From: Syntrophaceae bacterium
GTDB taxonomy: Bacteria > Desulfobacterota > Syntrophia > Syntrophales > UBA2185
Reading direction: 5' to 3'
Assembly: GCA_003142295.1 (NCBI GenBank)
Contig: PLLV01000135.1
Coordinates: 3,795 to 67,794, forward strand
Length of the DNA: 64,000 nucleotides
Within the stretch, counting starts at the first letter, position 1. Each line of letters begins with the position of its first letter. The translations under genes and the position numbers were made by a program. Shown piece by piece: positions 48,305 to 56,678 of the stretch. The notes beneath the pieces were generated by a model that did no database searches, was not told where the DNA came from, and saw nothing but the letters and a program-made list of their open reading frames with translations.

Positions 48305-49784
48305 AGCCGCGTTGCCCAGATGTCGTCAATTCGGAAGACGAAGGGAGGTAGCAGAGGTTGATGGTCACGTCTTCAGTACCTACAATAATTTTCTCAGTGA
48401 TGTTCTCCATGATTTTTCTCTTTTCATTATCAGTGAATTCGGGCCAGCGGGAATAAAGGTCTTTTGCTTGATTGAGGATCTGATCGCTTGAAAGGTACTG
48501 AATCTTCAAGAAATCAATCTCTCCTTGGAGTTCGGGAAGCTGATCCTCCATTTGTTGACGTCTCTCCTCCAAAGGCTTATATAAGCTTCCGAAGGTTTTG
48601 GAGTCTATAGTGTCATCAATGTAAGACCTGTATACCTTCTCCATCTCCCGCTCAATCTTCCGTTTCTCCTCTGTTAGGGCTTGCAAGAGATCCTCTTTTT
48701 CTTTAATTACATGATCGGCTTTGTTCAAGTAGCCGGTAATCTCGGATGATGAGAAGAAGAATGTCTTGAGCTGGTGATGGAAAATCTCTTCCAAATCGGC
48801 TGTGCCGATCTTGTTACGGCACTTGTAGCAGGTGTACTTGGGGGAATTGGAAGGTACATACATCTTGTTATCGCAACCACAAAAAACAAAACCGGTAAAG
48901 AGGTGGACGGCCTTGCGGCTCGGCCTTTTATTTTTCTTTTCCTGTTCGTCCAGAATATAGTTGCACGCCTCCCAAAGCTCCTGCGAAACAATAGGCTCCA
49001 CTTGACTGAGGACCCATTCTTCTTTAGGCTTTAAGACCCATTTCTTGTTTTCTCCGAGGCTTCTGGTATAGTTTGCTCGATAAATTCCTTTGGCTGTTGA
49101 GTCTCTTAAAAGTCTCTCGATAGTCGTATCGGAGAATTTCGCCCCTTTCCGGGTGCGATAGCCCTTTTCGTTGAGAAGTCGCGCTACTGTCTTTTTCCTG
49201 CGATGCTCCAAGAAAAGCTCATAGATCAACTTTCTTATCGGTGCTTCGGTCGGGTTGGGAATCAGCTTTCTATCGACCCATTGGTAACCTAAAGAGGCAT
49301 GACCGCCGAGGGGTTTACCGAGCTTAGCCCTTATAGGAACGGAGGCGGCAACCCTTTCGGAGATTTCTTCCCTCTCCCACTGGGCCATTGCGGCGATCAT
49401 GGTATAGAAGAGCCGTCCAGCAGGGGTTGAGGTATCAATCGATTCCTGAAGAGAGATCAGATCGGCGTTGTTTTCCCGGAATATATCGGCGAATTCCAGG
49501 AGTTCCCTGGTGTTTCTGGCCAATCGGGCAAGCTTCGAGAAGACAAGGCCGGTGATACGGCCACTTCTCACATCCTGGAGCATTCTTTGTGTTTCAGGAA
49601 GGTTGATAACAGACTTTCCGCTTATAGCCTCAAGATGGTAAACCTCTTTGATCTGCCAGCTTTTAGACTCGGCATAATAGCGGGCTCGTTTCTCATGGTG
49701 TTCCGGGCTCTCGCCTCTGGCTTGGTCTTCGGTGGAAACACGTATCCAGATGCCTACAGCTTTCGATTCGTTCTTTACCATCAT
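48276..49784 (-). CDS. Large serine recombinase (resolvase N-domain + recombinase domain + zinc ribbon + coiled coil)
   Basis: 502 aa. [13 protein letters not shown] holds the catalytic Ser, RLARN.REL is the resolvase core, and [21 protein letters not shown] is the zinc ribbon. The last 9 codons are antisense to comM codons. Confidence 0.9.
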   Translation of the reverse strand: MMVKNESKAVGIWIRVSTEDQARGESPEHHEKRARYYAESKSWQIKEVYHLEAISGKSVINLPETQRMLQDVRSGRITGLVFSKLARLARNTRELLEFADIFRENNADLISLQESIDTSTPAGRLFYTMIAAMAQWEREEISERVAASVPIRAKLGKPLGGHASLGYQWVDRKLIPNPTEAPIRKLIYELFLEHRRKKTVARLLNEKGYRTRKGAKFSDTTIERLLRDSTAKGIYRANYTRSLGENKKWVLKPKEEWVLSQVEPIVSQELWEACNYILDEQEKKNKRPSRKAVHLFTGFVFCGCDNKMYVPSNSPKYTCYKCRNKIGTADLEEIFHHQLKTFFFSSSEITGYLNKADHVIKEKEDLLQALTEEKRKIEREMEKVYRSYIDDTIDSKTFGSLYKPLEERRQQMEDQLPELQGEIDFLKIQYLSSDQILNQAKDLYSRWPEFTDNEKRKIMENITEKIIVGTEDVTINLCYLPSSSELTTSGQRGFRGSWPPQA

Positions 49785-49975
49785 AACAATCTCACCGAAA
49801 CGGTTGGAGGGATGTTCTCTTCGTGCATTAAATTATCCCGGTCTTTGAAAAAGTCAATCAATAATTGTCGGTTCAAGTACGGAGATTCCAAATGAGCTGA
49901 ATGGTCTTCAGAGGAGGGCAGCGGAGTATTTGTTCTCACTTAGGAACTCGAAAAGCAGCCAGTTGTCGTAAATAT

Positions 49976-50401
49976 TTAATCGAACATCTCCTTGACGACC
50001 CAGTAAAGAAAATCACTGGGACTCATGATTCGCGTCTTGTCATAATGGGCCATAGGGAAATGCTTCCTGTTGCCCGTTATGAGGTAGTGGGCCTTAGCCT
50101 CCAATGCGCATTCCAAGAATTTATTGTCTTCAGGATCGATCTTGATAACATTGATCCGCGTTGATGGTGATACCCAAGAAGATTTCCGCTTAATGGATAG
50201 CAAAGCTTTTCTGACGTTTGCCTGATCCAGGCTTTGAAATTTCTCCCGTGACAAAACGCCTTTGTATTCGGCAAAAATCTCCTCGGTCACGCACAGTTGG
50301 ATGTGGCCTTCCAAGACGAGAGACAGTACCAGCGCCGGGGCGCTGCCCTCTTTAAGCAGAGCCGAGATGATGACGTTGGTGTCGAGGACTACCCTGATCA
50401 C
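49976..50401 (-). CDS. PIN-domain toxin (TIGR00305-like)
   Basis: 141 aa. VVLDTNVIISAL... carries the first acidic residue, followed by ...LITGNRKHF. The gene overlaps the antitoxin gene by 4 nt. Confidence 0.8.
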   Translation of the reverse strand: MIRVVLDTNVIISALLKEGSAPALVLSLVLEGHIQLCVTEEIFAEYKGVLSREKFQSLDQANVRKALLSIKRKSSWVSPSTRINVIKIDPEDNKFLECALEAKAHYLITGNRKHFPMAHYDKTRIMSPSDFLYWVVKEMFD

Positions 50402-50694
50402 TTGGCCCTGCCTCCTTTCTTTCTGGTTTTCCGAAAGGCTTTGATTTCCGCTTCAATCTCGGTATCGCGCAGACGGTCAAGACCCGCTTCCTTTGCGCTG
50501 ATCTGGATCTTGGTCATCAGCTTGGGCTGCTTAACGATGTTTTTGAGATAATCCTTGACACCGAGAATCACCACCTTGGGTTTGCCTCGGCGACTGACCA
50601 AAAAGCGGACGTTTTTCTTTTCCGCCTCATTCATAATTCTGCCAAATTGAGTCCTGGCAGATAGGGCGTTGATTAAAGTTGTCATTGGTTGCAC
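50398..50694 (-). CDS. Phd/YefM-type antitoxin
   Basis: 98 aa. ALSARTQFGRIMNEAEKKNVRFLVSRRGKPKVVILGVKDY fits a Phd/YefM N-domain and the gene lies upstream of the PIN gene. Confidence 0.75.
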   Translation of the reverse strand: MQPMTTLINALSARTQFGRIMNEAEKKNVRFLVSRRGKPKVVILGVKDYLKNIVKQPKLMTKIQISAKEAGLDRLRDTEIEAEIKAFRKTRKKGGRAK

Positions 50695-50869
50695 CTCCTT
50701 TCTAAACTCATTAGTTCACTAATTACTTCGTATTTTTTTATTATAGGGAGATGCCACTATTTGTCAAACTATATTTTCTTCACAATGGATATCAGCGAGG
50801 TAAACATAAAGATAAAAGGAGATGTTTAAGACATCTCCTTTTTGTTGGTTATTGTTTGGGTGCACAATT

Positions 50870-51853
50870 CTAAGCATCCCAATTTCTCAGTTGTTCTCCT
50901 GGCAGCGCGATCACCTTCCCGCCGATTCTTTCCATCTCCAGGCTGTTCTCCCAGCTTTTTTCGCTCTGGGCGGCCCTTGTAACGGCGTTGGCGATGCCGT
51001 ACTGGTCGGCCTCCGGCTCCGCCCCGAAGGCCATGAGGATGTTCGCCTTCTGGTCTTCGCTGAGGCGGTAGTGCTCCACCACGTTGCTGATCACCCGCTG
51101 GGGATTTCTGACCTTGATCTCCGTCGATTCCCGGAGCGCCTGAACGATCTCACCGAACCTGCCGAAAAGCTCCCTGATCGACCGCCGTATGGAGAGATAG
51201 ACCGTCTCGTCAAATCCGTTATCGCCGTTTCCGAGATGGATCTGCCGCGCGGCGAATTCCTCCATGACCATGCCGTTGGTGCACTGGACCCGGAACGTCC
51301 GGGGCTCGATCCTCAGCGCGCGATGCCCGGTCTCGGAATTGACCAAGAGCAATCCTCCGGTGATCAGATCGTCTTTATGCCTGACGAAATCCCGGAGCCT
51401 GTCGCTTTTCACCTTGAGGTTCATTTCCGTCTCGGAAAGATAGCAGCCTTCCACCTCCGCCTCGTGGGCCTGGAGTTCGTTCAACGAGCAGTAGAGTACG
51501 TCCAGGTGATCGATGATCCGGTATCTCTCGCTGAGAAATGCCCGGACGGAATCGCCGAGGCCCCGAATGAAGACGTCTTTGGATGAACGCTTGAACCATG
51601 TATTCACGTTCTCGATCAGAAGCTCCGGCGCTTCGTTCTCCATCTTTGAATAATATCTCACCGGGATCTCCAACCGCTCGGCAATCTGATTGTGGCAGGG
51701 CCGGGTGATTGAAAAATGGTTATCGTTCCCATTCAAGTGAAGTCTCGTGCGACTTTCATTCAGGATCATCTCCAATCGAGATGATTCGATCTTTTGATCC
51801 CACTTGAGCGGCTTTTGCCTTTCCAGCTCTTCCATTAGCTCTTGCAGTTTCAT
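50870..51853 (-). CDS. DUF932-like protein (phage/plasmid-associated)
   Basis: 327 aa. The overall pattern (...RAFLSERYRIIDH...LLLVNSETGHRALRIEPRTFRVQCTNGMV...) matches my recollection of the DUF932/TIGR03299 family found on integrative elements. Confidence 0.55.
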   Translation of the reverse strand: MKLQELMEELERQKPLKWDQKIESSRLEMILNESRTRLHLNGNDNHFSITRPCHNQIAERLEIPVRYYSKMENEAPELLIENVNTWFKRSSKDVFIRGLGDSVRAFLSERYRIIDHLDVLYCSLNELQAHEAEVEGCYLSETEMNLKVKSDRLRDFVRHKDDLITGGLLLVNSETGHRALRIEPRTFRVQCTNGMVMEEFAARQIHLGNGDNGFDETVYLSIRRSIRELFGRFGEIVQALRESTEIKVRNPQRVISNVVEHYRLSEDQKANILMAFGAEPEADQYGIANAVTRAAQSEKSWENSLEMERIGGKVIALPGEQLRNWDA

Positions 51854-52116
51854 GGTTGTCCTCCTTCGTTAGATTTTTCTGGTTTAAAGGGTAAATCCAG
51901 TTGTTCCAGATTCGAGGATGGCAATTCTCTAACCTCAATTTGGCCCTCTTCATTGATTGAGATCTTCAGACCTCCGGTGACCATTTCACCCTTCCCTTCG
52001 CTCAAGAGGGAAGCCCTGATCTCATCTTCAAGGGTCTCCAGGGTTTCGACCATCCGCCTCCGGAAGACCAGGCTTTTGACCCTTTGATAAAGCTTCCTCC
52101 GCCTCACGCCCATCAC
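51850..52116 (-). CDS. Hypothetical small protein
   Basis: 88-aa ORF (alternative start MVETLETL at 52053) that overlaps the start of the DUF932 gene by 4 nt. Confidence 0.4.
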   Translation of the reverse strand: MMGVRRRKLYQRVKSLVFRRRMVETLETLEDEIRASLLSEGKGEMVTGGLKISINEEGQIEVRELPSSNLEQLDLPFKPEKSNEGGQP

Positions 52117-52234
52117 CTCCGTTTAGTGCATGCTCCAAGATTCGATTGACCAAAACAGTCATTCGTATTCCCTCCGCCTTGGCCACCTTATAGAGCAACG
52201 GAATCAAATCTTCTTTTATTTTTGGACTGTACAT
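52028..52234 (-). CDS. Hypothetical small protein, possible RHH-type DNA binder
   Basis: 68 aa with a strong RBS (AGGAGGGGC 6 nt upstream). The N-terminal pattern YSPKIKEDLIPLLYKVAKAEGIRMTVLVNRILEHAL resembles a ribbon-helix-helix. Confidence 0.5.
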   Translation of the reverse strand: MYSPKIKEDLIPLLYKVAKAEGIRMTVLVNRILEHALNGGDGREAEEALSKGQKPGLPEADGRNPGDP

Positions 52235-52256
52235 ATGCCCCTCCTTTTTTGTCCCT

Positions 52257-52433
52257 TCAGTCTATAGGGACCTTCTGGTTAAGGTTATTCCAGCTGGTTC
52301 TTCTGATTTTAATCCCTCCGCACTTTTTGCTGTTTTTGTGACAGCACTTCCGACAGTGCTCCAAGCCCCATACTTGTACGTTCCAGCATTCGGAACTCAG
52401 GTTTTTGGAATGAATGATCCTTGTCTTCATCAT
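52257..52433 (-). CDS. Cys-rich micro-protein (58 aa; below the ORF-track cutoff)
   Basis: Hand translation gives MMKTRIIHSKNLSSECWNVQVWGLEHCRKCCHKNSKKCGGIKIRRTSWNNLNQKVPID, with AAGGAG 6 nt upstream. Confidence 0.4.
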   Translation of the reverse strand: MMKTRIIHSKNLSSECWNVQVWGLEHCRKCCHKNSKKCGGIKIRRTSWNNLNQKVPID

Positions 52434-52442
52434 TGCTCCTTT

Positions 52443-52607
52443 TCACAAATAGCAGTTGTGGCAGATCACTTGGCCGTCTGCCAAGAACACAGCGGTATTC
52501 GACAGTGGATGAAACGGCGTCCATCGATGACCGCAATCAAGCAAAAACTTCTTGCCTTTCAACAAGCGCAAAAAAAAGCTGTGCGCCTCATAAACTACTT
52601 CTTTCAT
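52443..52607 (-). CDS. Zinc-ribbon-like micro-protein (54 aa; below the ORF-track cutoff)
   Basis: Hand translation gives MKEVVYEAHSFFLRLLKGKKFLLDCGHRWTPFHPLSNTAVFLADGQVICHNCYL (CxH...CxxC), with AAGGGGGT upstream. Confidence 0.4.
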   Translation of the reverse strand: MKEVVYEAHSFFLRLLKGKKFLLDCGHRWTPFHPLSNTAVFLADGQVICHNCYL

Positions 52608-52995
52608 TTTCTCTTACCCCCTTTCTTTTGGATTTTAAATGTGCTGATTGATCCAGCATACTTCTGGTATCTTCAGCATACGGGGGGTTGAATAAATGAT
52701 AAGAAGGGTGATTTTGCCAGTCCAGGCAATGCCTCGAAATATTGTGAAAAGAATGGGCCTATTTCTGAGACGGAAAGAGAGAATGGATTGGGTGAGGATT
52801 TAAAGACGCAACAAAGATTGGCTGCCTATGGCGGATTTGACCTCACGGTCAATATCAAATCGGGTTCTGAATGGGATTCTTGGCTTCACCTACAACTGTT
52901 TGGTGGTATGCTTTCATCATGACCGATGATTACGGATCGAAAGAGCGTAACGTATAAATCAGCCGACGACAAAGGAGGTCGGTTGGGTTTTTTTG

Positions 52996-54207
52996 TTAGA
53001 TAGCCCCCAGAATCAACTTTGACCATTCGGGATGCCCGTTGTATATCAAATGTCGAATGATTCTCTCTGCGAGACAAGAATATTCTTTAAATCTATTTCT
53101 CACTCTGTCTATTTTTATCCCATTATTCTTACAAAGAGAACCACTGTGCGCTACTTGACACCTATATTTATAGATGTCTCTAAGCTGACAATAGATGATG
53201 TGTCGATCATCACCATCTTTCCCGATAAGCCAACTGCCACGAAGACGGAAAGACTGTGAGAGTTGATCGTTGTTCACGTTGTCGTCGAGAAGCGCCATTT
53301 CTAATGCGATACCCAGATCAAGAATCTTATCTTCTATTTGATCCCGTCGCTTCGCTTGAGATAGGCGAGACAAAGCTCTAGTCATTCTTGGCTTATCATC
53401 AAGTGGCAATGCACCAAAGGCATCCACAAGGCTATGAATTTCACTTACGCTATCTTCAGAAAGTTTCAATGACCTGCGGCCAATAATGTCATATATTGGT
53501 GAGCCACCCCCCGACCCACCAAACATGCCTATTGGCATATCTGATAAAGCATATGATGTTGAATAATAGGGGATGCACGAAACACCATCAATAGCATTAA
53601 GCAAAAGAGCGATCTCACTCAAACGCTGAGACGAATTCCAGAACTCTTCGTCCCTCATCTTCATCTGTTGAAAAGTTTCATCTCCTTTAACAGCCTTAGT
53701 TGTTTGGCATGTGCAGGTAATTGCTGCTTTAGGTTTGGGTGTTGGCTGCGGGAAATATTGAACGTCACGCTTCAGATAGTGCTGCTTATCCCGAGAATTA
53801 GGCATTTTGTGAACAGATTCAATCCGATATTCATTTCCTAAATCGAGCGTTCTTTCTACCTCTATTCCAAGCACCCACAAGGTATTTATTACTGAAACTT
53901 TATCTGAGTCTAGGAAAGTGTTTAGATTTTCTTCCGCAATATCTTGCCCATATTCGTGAATCGCCCATAAGAACCACATTGCGAGAGTCTTAATTTCGAA
54001 TCTAGTGGCATTGTTCCCATTAGAAATCATGTAGCCATCTAAAGCTTGAACTCTCGGATCTTCTCCGAGTGCTGCCAGCACTTGGGTGCCTACCTCTTCA
54101 TTTTCAATTAGTCTTGAATAACCTAAATAGAGTTGAGTTAGCCTGTCATCGACAGAAGCAACTTCGTCTATCTCTGGTCTTGGTATTTGAAGACGCCCTA
54201 TTTCCAT
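52996..54207 (-). CDS. HEPN-domain protein (Apea-like architecture), putative RNase toxin
   Basis: 403 aa. The C-terminal helical domain carries LRDIYKYRCQVAHSG (Rx4H, the Y..R...AHG style seen in HEPN families). The roughly 270-aa N-terminal domain is of unknown type. The gene is AT-rich. Confidence 0.6.
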   Translation of the reverse strand: MEIGRLQIPRPEIDEVASVDDRLTQLYLGYSRLIENEEVGTQVLAALGEDPRVQALDGYMISNGNNATRFEIKTLAMWFLWAIHEYGQDIAEENLNTFLDSDKVSVINTLWVLGIEVERTLDLGNEYRIESVHKMPNSRDKQHYLKRDVQYFPQPTPKPKAAITCTCQTTKAVKGDETFQQMKMRDEEFWNSSQRLSEIALLLNAIDGVSCIPYYSTSYALSDMPIGMFGGSGGGSPIYDIIGRRSLKLSEDSVSEIHSLVDAFGALPLDDKPRMTRALSRLSQAKRRDQIEDKILDLGIALEMALLDDNVNNDQLSQSFRLRGSWLIGKDGDDRHIIYCQLRDIYKYRCQVAHSGSLCKNNGIKIDRVRNRFKEYSCLAERIIRHLIYNGHPEWSKLILGAI

Positions 54208-54283
54208 TATTCACCATTTAACATGGAGCTAAGCGGCTGACAAAGTTGCACAGCGGATTTGTCTGTCCGACTTGAGCTGTAGG

Positions 54284-54973
54284 TTATGATTCTTCCTCAA
54301 TTGGATTTTTAATGAAATCTAAAAATAACTTACCAATTTCCGTTGTGCGATGGCTAATAACGCCACTATCCGATCTTTGAGTAGTAATAAGTGATCTTGA
54401 AGATAAATCCTTCCAAATGAAATCGAAGAAGCCTTTTTCTCTCAATTCGGAAAATTCGCTTCCGAGAGGGTCAATTCTGCTTATACAATTGTCAGCAGAA
54501 TTTCCCTTTTGCGTCTCACTATATGTTACTTGAACCTTGAAATATTCAATTGTTTTTAAATGCCAAACAGACAAAGTATCTATAAAAGACAAGAATAATT
54601 GTTGGAGAGATTCTTCCGGTGGATTAGGTAGTGCTGAATTTAGAATTGCACTTTTTAATGCCTCACGTTTTTCACGATTAATTGTTTTTATTGCAATCCG
54701 GGTAGCTTCTATTGCCGTGTCGATGAATCCATCGTTTTCCTGAAGCGATTCAAGCACTACTCCCATTTTTTCTTCAAGAGTTCCAAGTCCCATTCCAATC
54801 TCTTCCATCCATTGATTGCGTCTTTTCTCAAGAGATGGTGTAACGATTAACTTCAATAATTCTCCTGCAGCCGCACCAGCATAAGGAATGGCTCCTAGGC
54901 CAGCACGCGTCATTGCATGAATAACATCGCCAGCATCGAGCTCAGGTGGTTTGTATTTTTCTGACTTATTCAT
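54284..54973 (-). CDS. Hypothetical protein (229 aa), upstream partner of the HEPN gene
   Basis: Same strand, with a 76-nt gap to the HEPN gene and promoter cassette copy B upstream. It is helical and has no catalytic motif I recognise. Confidence 0.55.
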   Translation of the reverse strand: MNKSEKYKPPELDAGDVIHAMTRAGLGAIPYAGAAAGELLKLIVTPSLEKRRNQWMEEIGMGLGTLEEKMGVVLESLQENDGFIDTAIEATRIAIKTINREKREALKSAILNSALPNPPEESLQQLFLSFIDTLSVWHLKTIEYFKVQVTYSETQKGNSADNCISRIDPLGSEFSELREKGFFDFIWKDLSSRSLITTQRSDSGVISHRTTEIGKLFLDFIKNPIEEES

Positions 54974-55076
54974 TTTTCACTAAAACAATTAATACGGAAT
55001 GAGATATTGTTTTACCATCTGGAGGACGCTACTATATTAATAAAGCTTAAAAACGAACAATTCTTACGTACCTGCA

Positions 55077-55166
55077 ATATCATAATTTTGAAGAAATTAA
55101 CATCAATGATAACTGATTGAAATCCTGAATCTTCGTCGATCCAGTAGTTTTACTGACTTCAGGAAG
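55077..55166 (-). promoter_or_regulatory. Copy B of the recurrent promoter cassette (upstream of the 229-aa/HEPN pair)
   Basis: Minus-strand reading: CTTCCTGAAG...TCGACGAAGAT, hairpin, ATCATTGATG, TTGATG-16 nt-TATGAT. Confidence 0.55.
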
Positions 55167-55189
55167 ATGTTAATAAAATGAACCCATTC

Positions 55190-55223
55190 TTCAAAATAAG
55201 AAAAGGTGGGAGTTGTTCCCACC
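55190..55223 (-). terminator. Intrinsic terminator of the HU gene
   Basis: On the minus strand, GGTGGGA-acaac-TCCCACC is followed by TTTTCTTATTTTG, 48 nt after the hup stop. Confidence 0.7.
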
Positions 55224-55270
55224 CTCTCTTGTGTAATAGTGTGACTATTTGCAGTTTATTATAACTATAA

Positions 55271-55540
55271 TTATTTCACAGAATCTTTCAATGCCTTTCC
55301 AGCTGTAAACTTGGGGACCTTTTTGGCTGCAATCTTGATCGGTTTGCCGGTCTGAGGATTTCTTCCATTCCGTGCTGATCTCTTTGCAACCTTGAACGTC
55401 CCAAACCCGACGAGAGTCACCGTTTCTCCTTTCTTCAGCGACTTCTTAATTGTCCCAAGGACGGCATCTACGGCCTTTGCTGCTTCTGCCTTAGTACATG
55501 TAGATTTTGCGACCACATTGATGAGATCTCCTTTGTTCAT
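55271..55540 (-). CDS. hup: HU-family DNA-binding protein
   Basis: 89 aa. MNKGDLI...[42 protein letters not shown] is canonical HU. Confidence 0.95.
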   Translation of the reverse strand: MNKGDLINVVAKSTCTKAEAAKAVDAVLGTIKKSLKKGETVTLVGFGTFKVAKRSARNGRNPQTGKPIKIAAKKVPKFTAGKALKDSVK

Positions 55541-55890
55541 ACTTTCATCCTCCTTTTTTTTAAATTAGTTTTGATCCGCAACAGGCGGCGGTAACGCCCT
55601 CTTTGGTGATGGCAAGTAATTGTATATGGAACACTCCGACCTTATTACTGGTTTCCGGATTATTAGAAAAGGTATTATACGAAATTTGGAAAAACAATAA
55701 TAATTGTAGTTATTCGTAAAACGTTTCCGACTCATTCTACCCTCCTTAATGATGATCCCAAAATATGCCAGAATCATTACATAAAAACTGGATCGGTTTT
55801 AGGGGGCAGGTCAATATGCGGCATGACCAATATGCGACAGGTCAGACTGTCCTCTGATATTATCGTCATTTTATTGACAAAATTTCAGTA

Positions 55891-56259
55891 TTATATGGCG
55901 TTTATTTTTTTAATCAATTCGCCAATAATAACAGGCTTGGCAATAAAGTTGCGTCCGCCGACAACACCACCACTTATTTTAATTTCTTCCTGTTTGATGA
56001 TGGCTGTTACAAATATAATGGGAATGGAGCTGGTAGCGGGATCCTCCGACAATTTCTCGGCTACAAGGGTGCCAGCCATATCGGGCATCATGATATCGAG
56101 CAGGATGAGATCCGGCTTCTGTGTCTTTGCTAGCCGTATCCCATCGTCTCCCCGCGTAGCTGTCATCACATGAAAGGTACTTTTCAACTCAAGCGATTTC
56201 TTTAAGGTGCGGCAAAAATATTCTTCATCATCTATAATAAGTATTCTTTTTGCGGTCAT
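55891..56259 (-). CDS. Single-domain response regulator (CheY-like receiver)
   Basis: 122 aa with ILIIDDE...PDLILLDIMMPDM...KP. Confidence 0.85.
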   Translation of the reverse strand: MTAKRILIIDDEEYFCRTLKKSLELKSTFHVMTATRGDDGIRLAKTQKPDLILLDIMMPDMAGTLVAEKLSEDPATSSIPIIFVTAIIKQEEIKISGGVVGGRNFIAKPVIIGELIKKINAI

Positions 56260-56278
56260 ATCATGATCTCCTTTATCA

Positions 56279-56647
56279 TTACCCCAGAAGCTGAATCATT
56301 TTCACCAAGACGCATGTTTCGATGTACTCGAGATTGAGGGGTTTGGTAATGTAGTCATCAGCGCCCAATTGAATTGCTCTTTTGGCCAGTTCTTCGTCGA
56401 TGACGGCTGTGACCATAATAACCACGATTTTGGAATCTATTTTTTTGATCTCCTTCAGGGTATCGATGCCGCCCATACCCGGCATGAGGATGTCGAGTAA
56501 TACGATATGAGGCCTAATATCTTTTACCTTTTGAATGGCCTGCAGGCCGCCCGTAGCAGTGTATACCTCATATTCTTTCGCTGCCAGGTACTTCTGCAAC
56601 AGTCTCACGATGTGGATTTCATCATCGACAACAAGTATTCTTTCCAT
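56279..56647 (-). CDS. Single-domain response regulator (CheY-like receiver)
   Basis: MERILVVDDE...PHIVLLDILMPGMGG...ITKP. The start is taken at the ATG at 56647, after the kinase stop. Confidence 0.85.
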   Translation of the reverse strand: MERILVVDDEIHIVRLLQKYLAAKEYEVYTATGGLQAIQKVKDIRPHIVLLDILMPGMGGIDTLKEIKKIDSKIVVIMVTAVIDEELAKRAIQLGADDYITKPLNLEYIETCVLVKMIQLLG

Positions 56648-56678
56648 AGGGATAACTCCCATCTCATTAGTTATTTTT

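Larger units (their letters stand above)
48276..54973. mobile_element. Integrated element in comM (serine-recombinase island); the right boundary is unresolved
   Basis: The left junction lies at about 48297-48305. Cargo comprises TA, DUF932, tiny ORFs and the HEPN module, and the 52.9-55.0 kb part is visibly AT-richer. No comM 3' fragment occurs anywhere downstream in the window. Confidence 0.45.
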
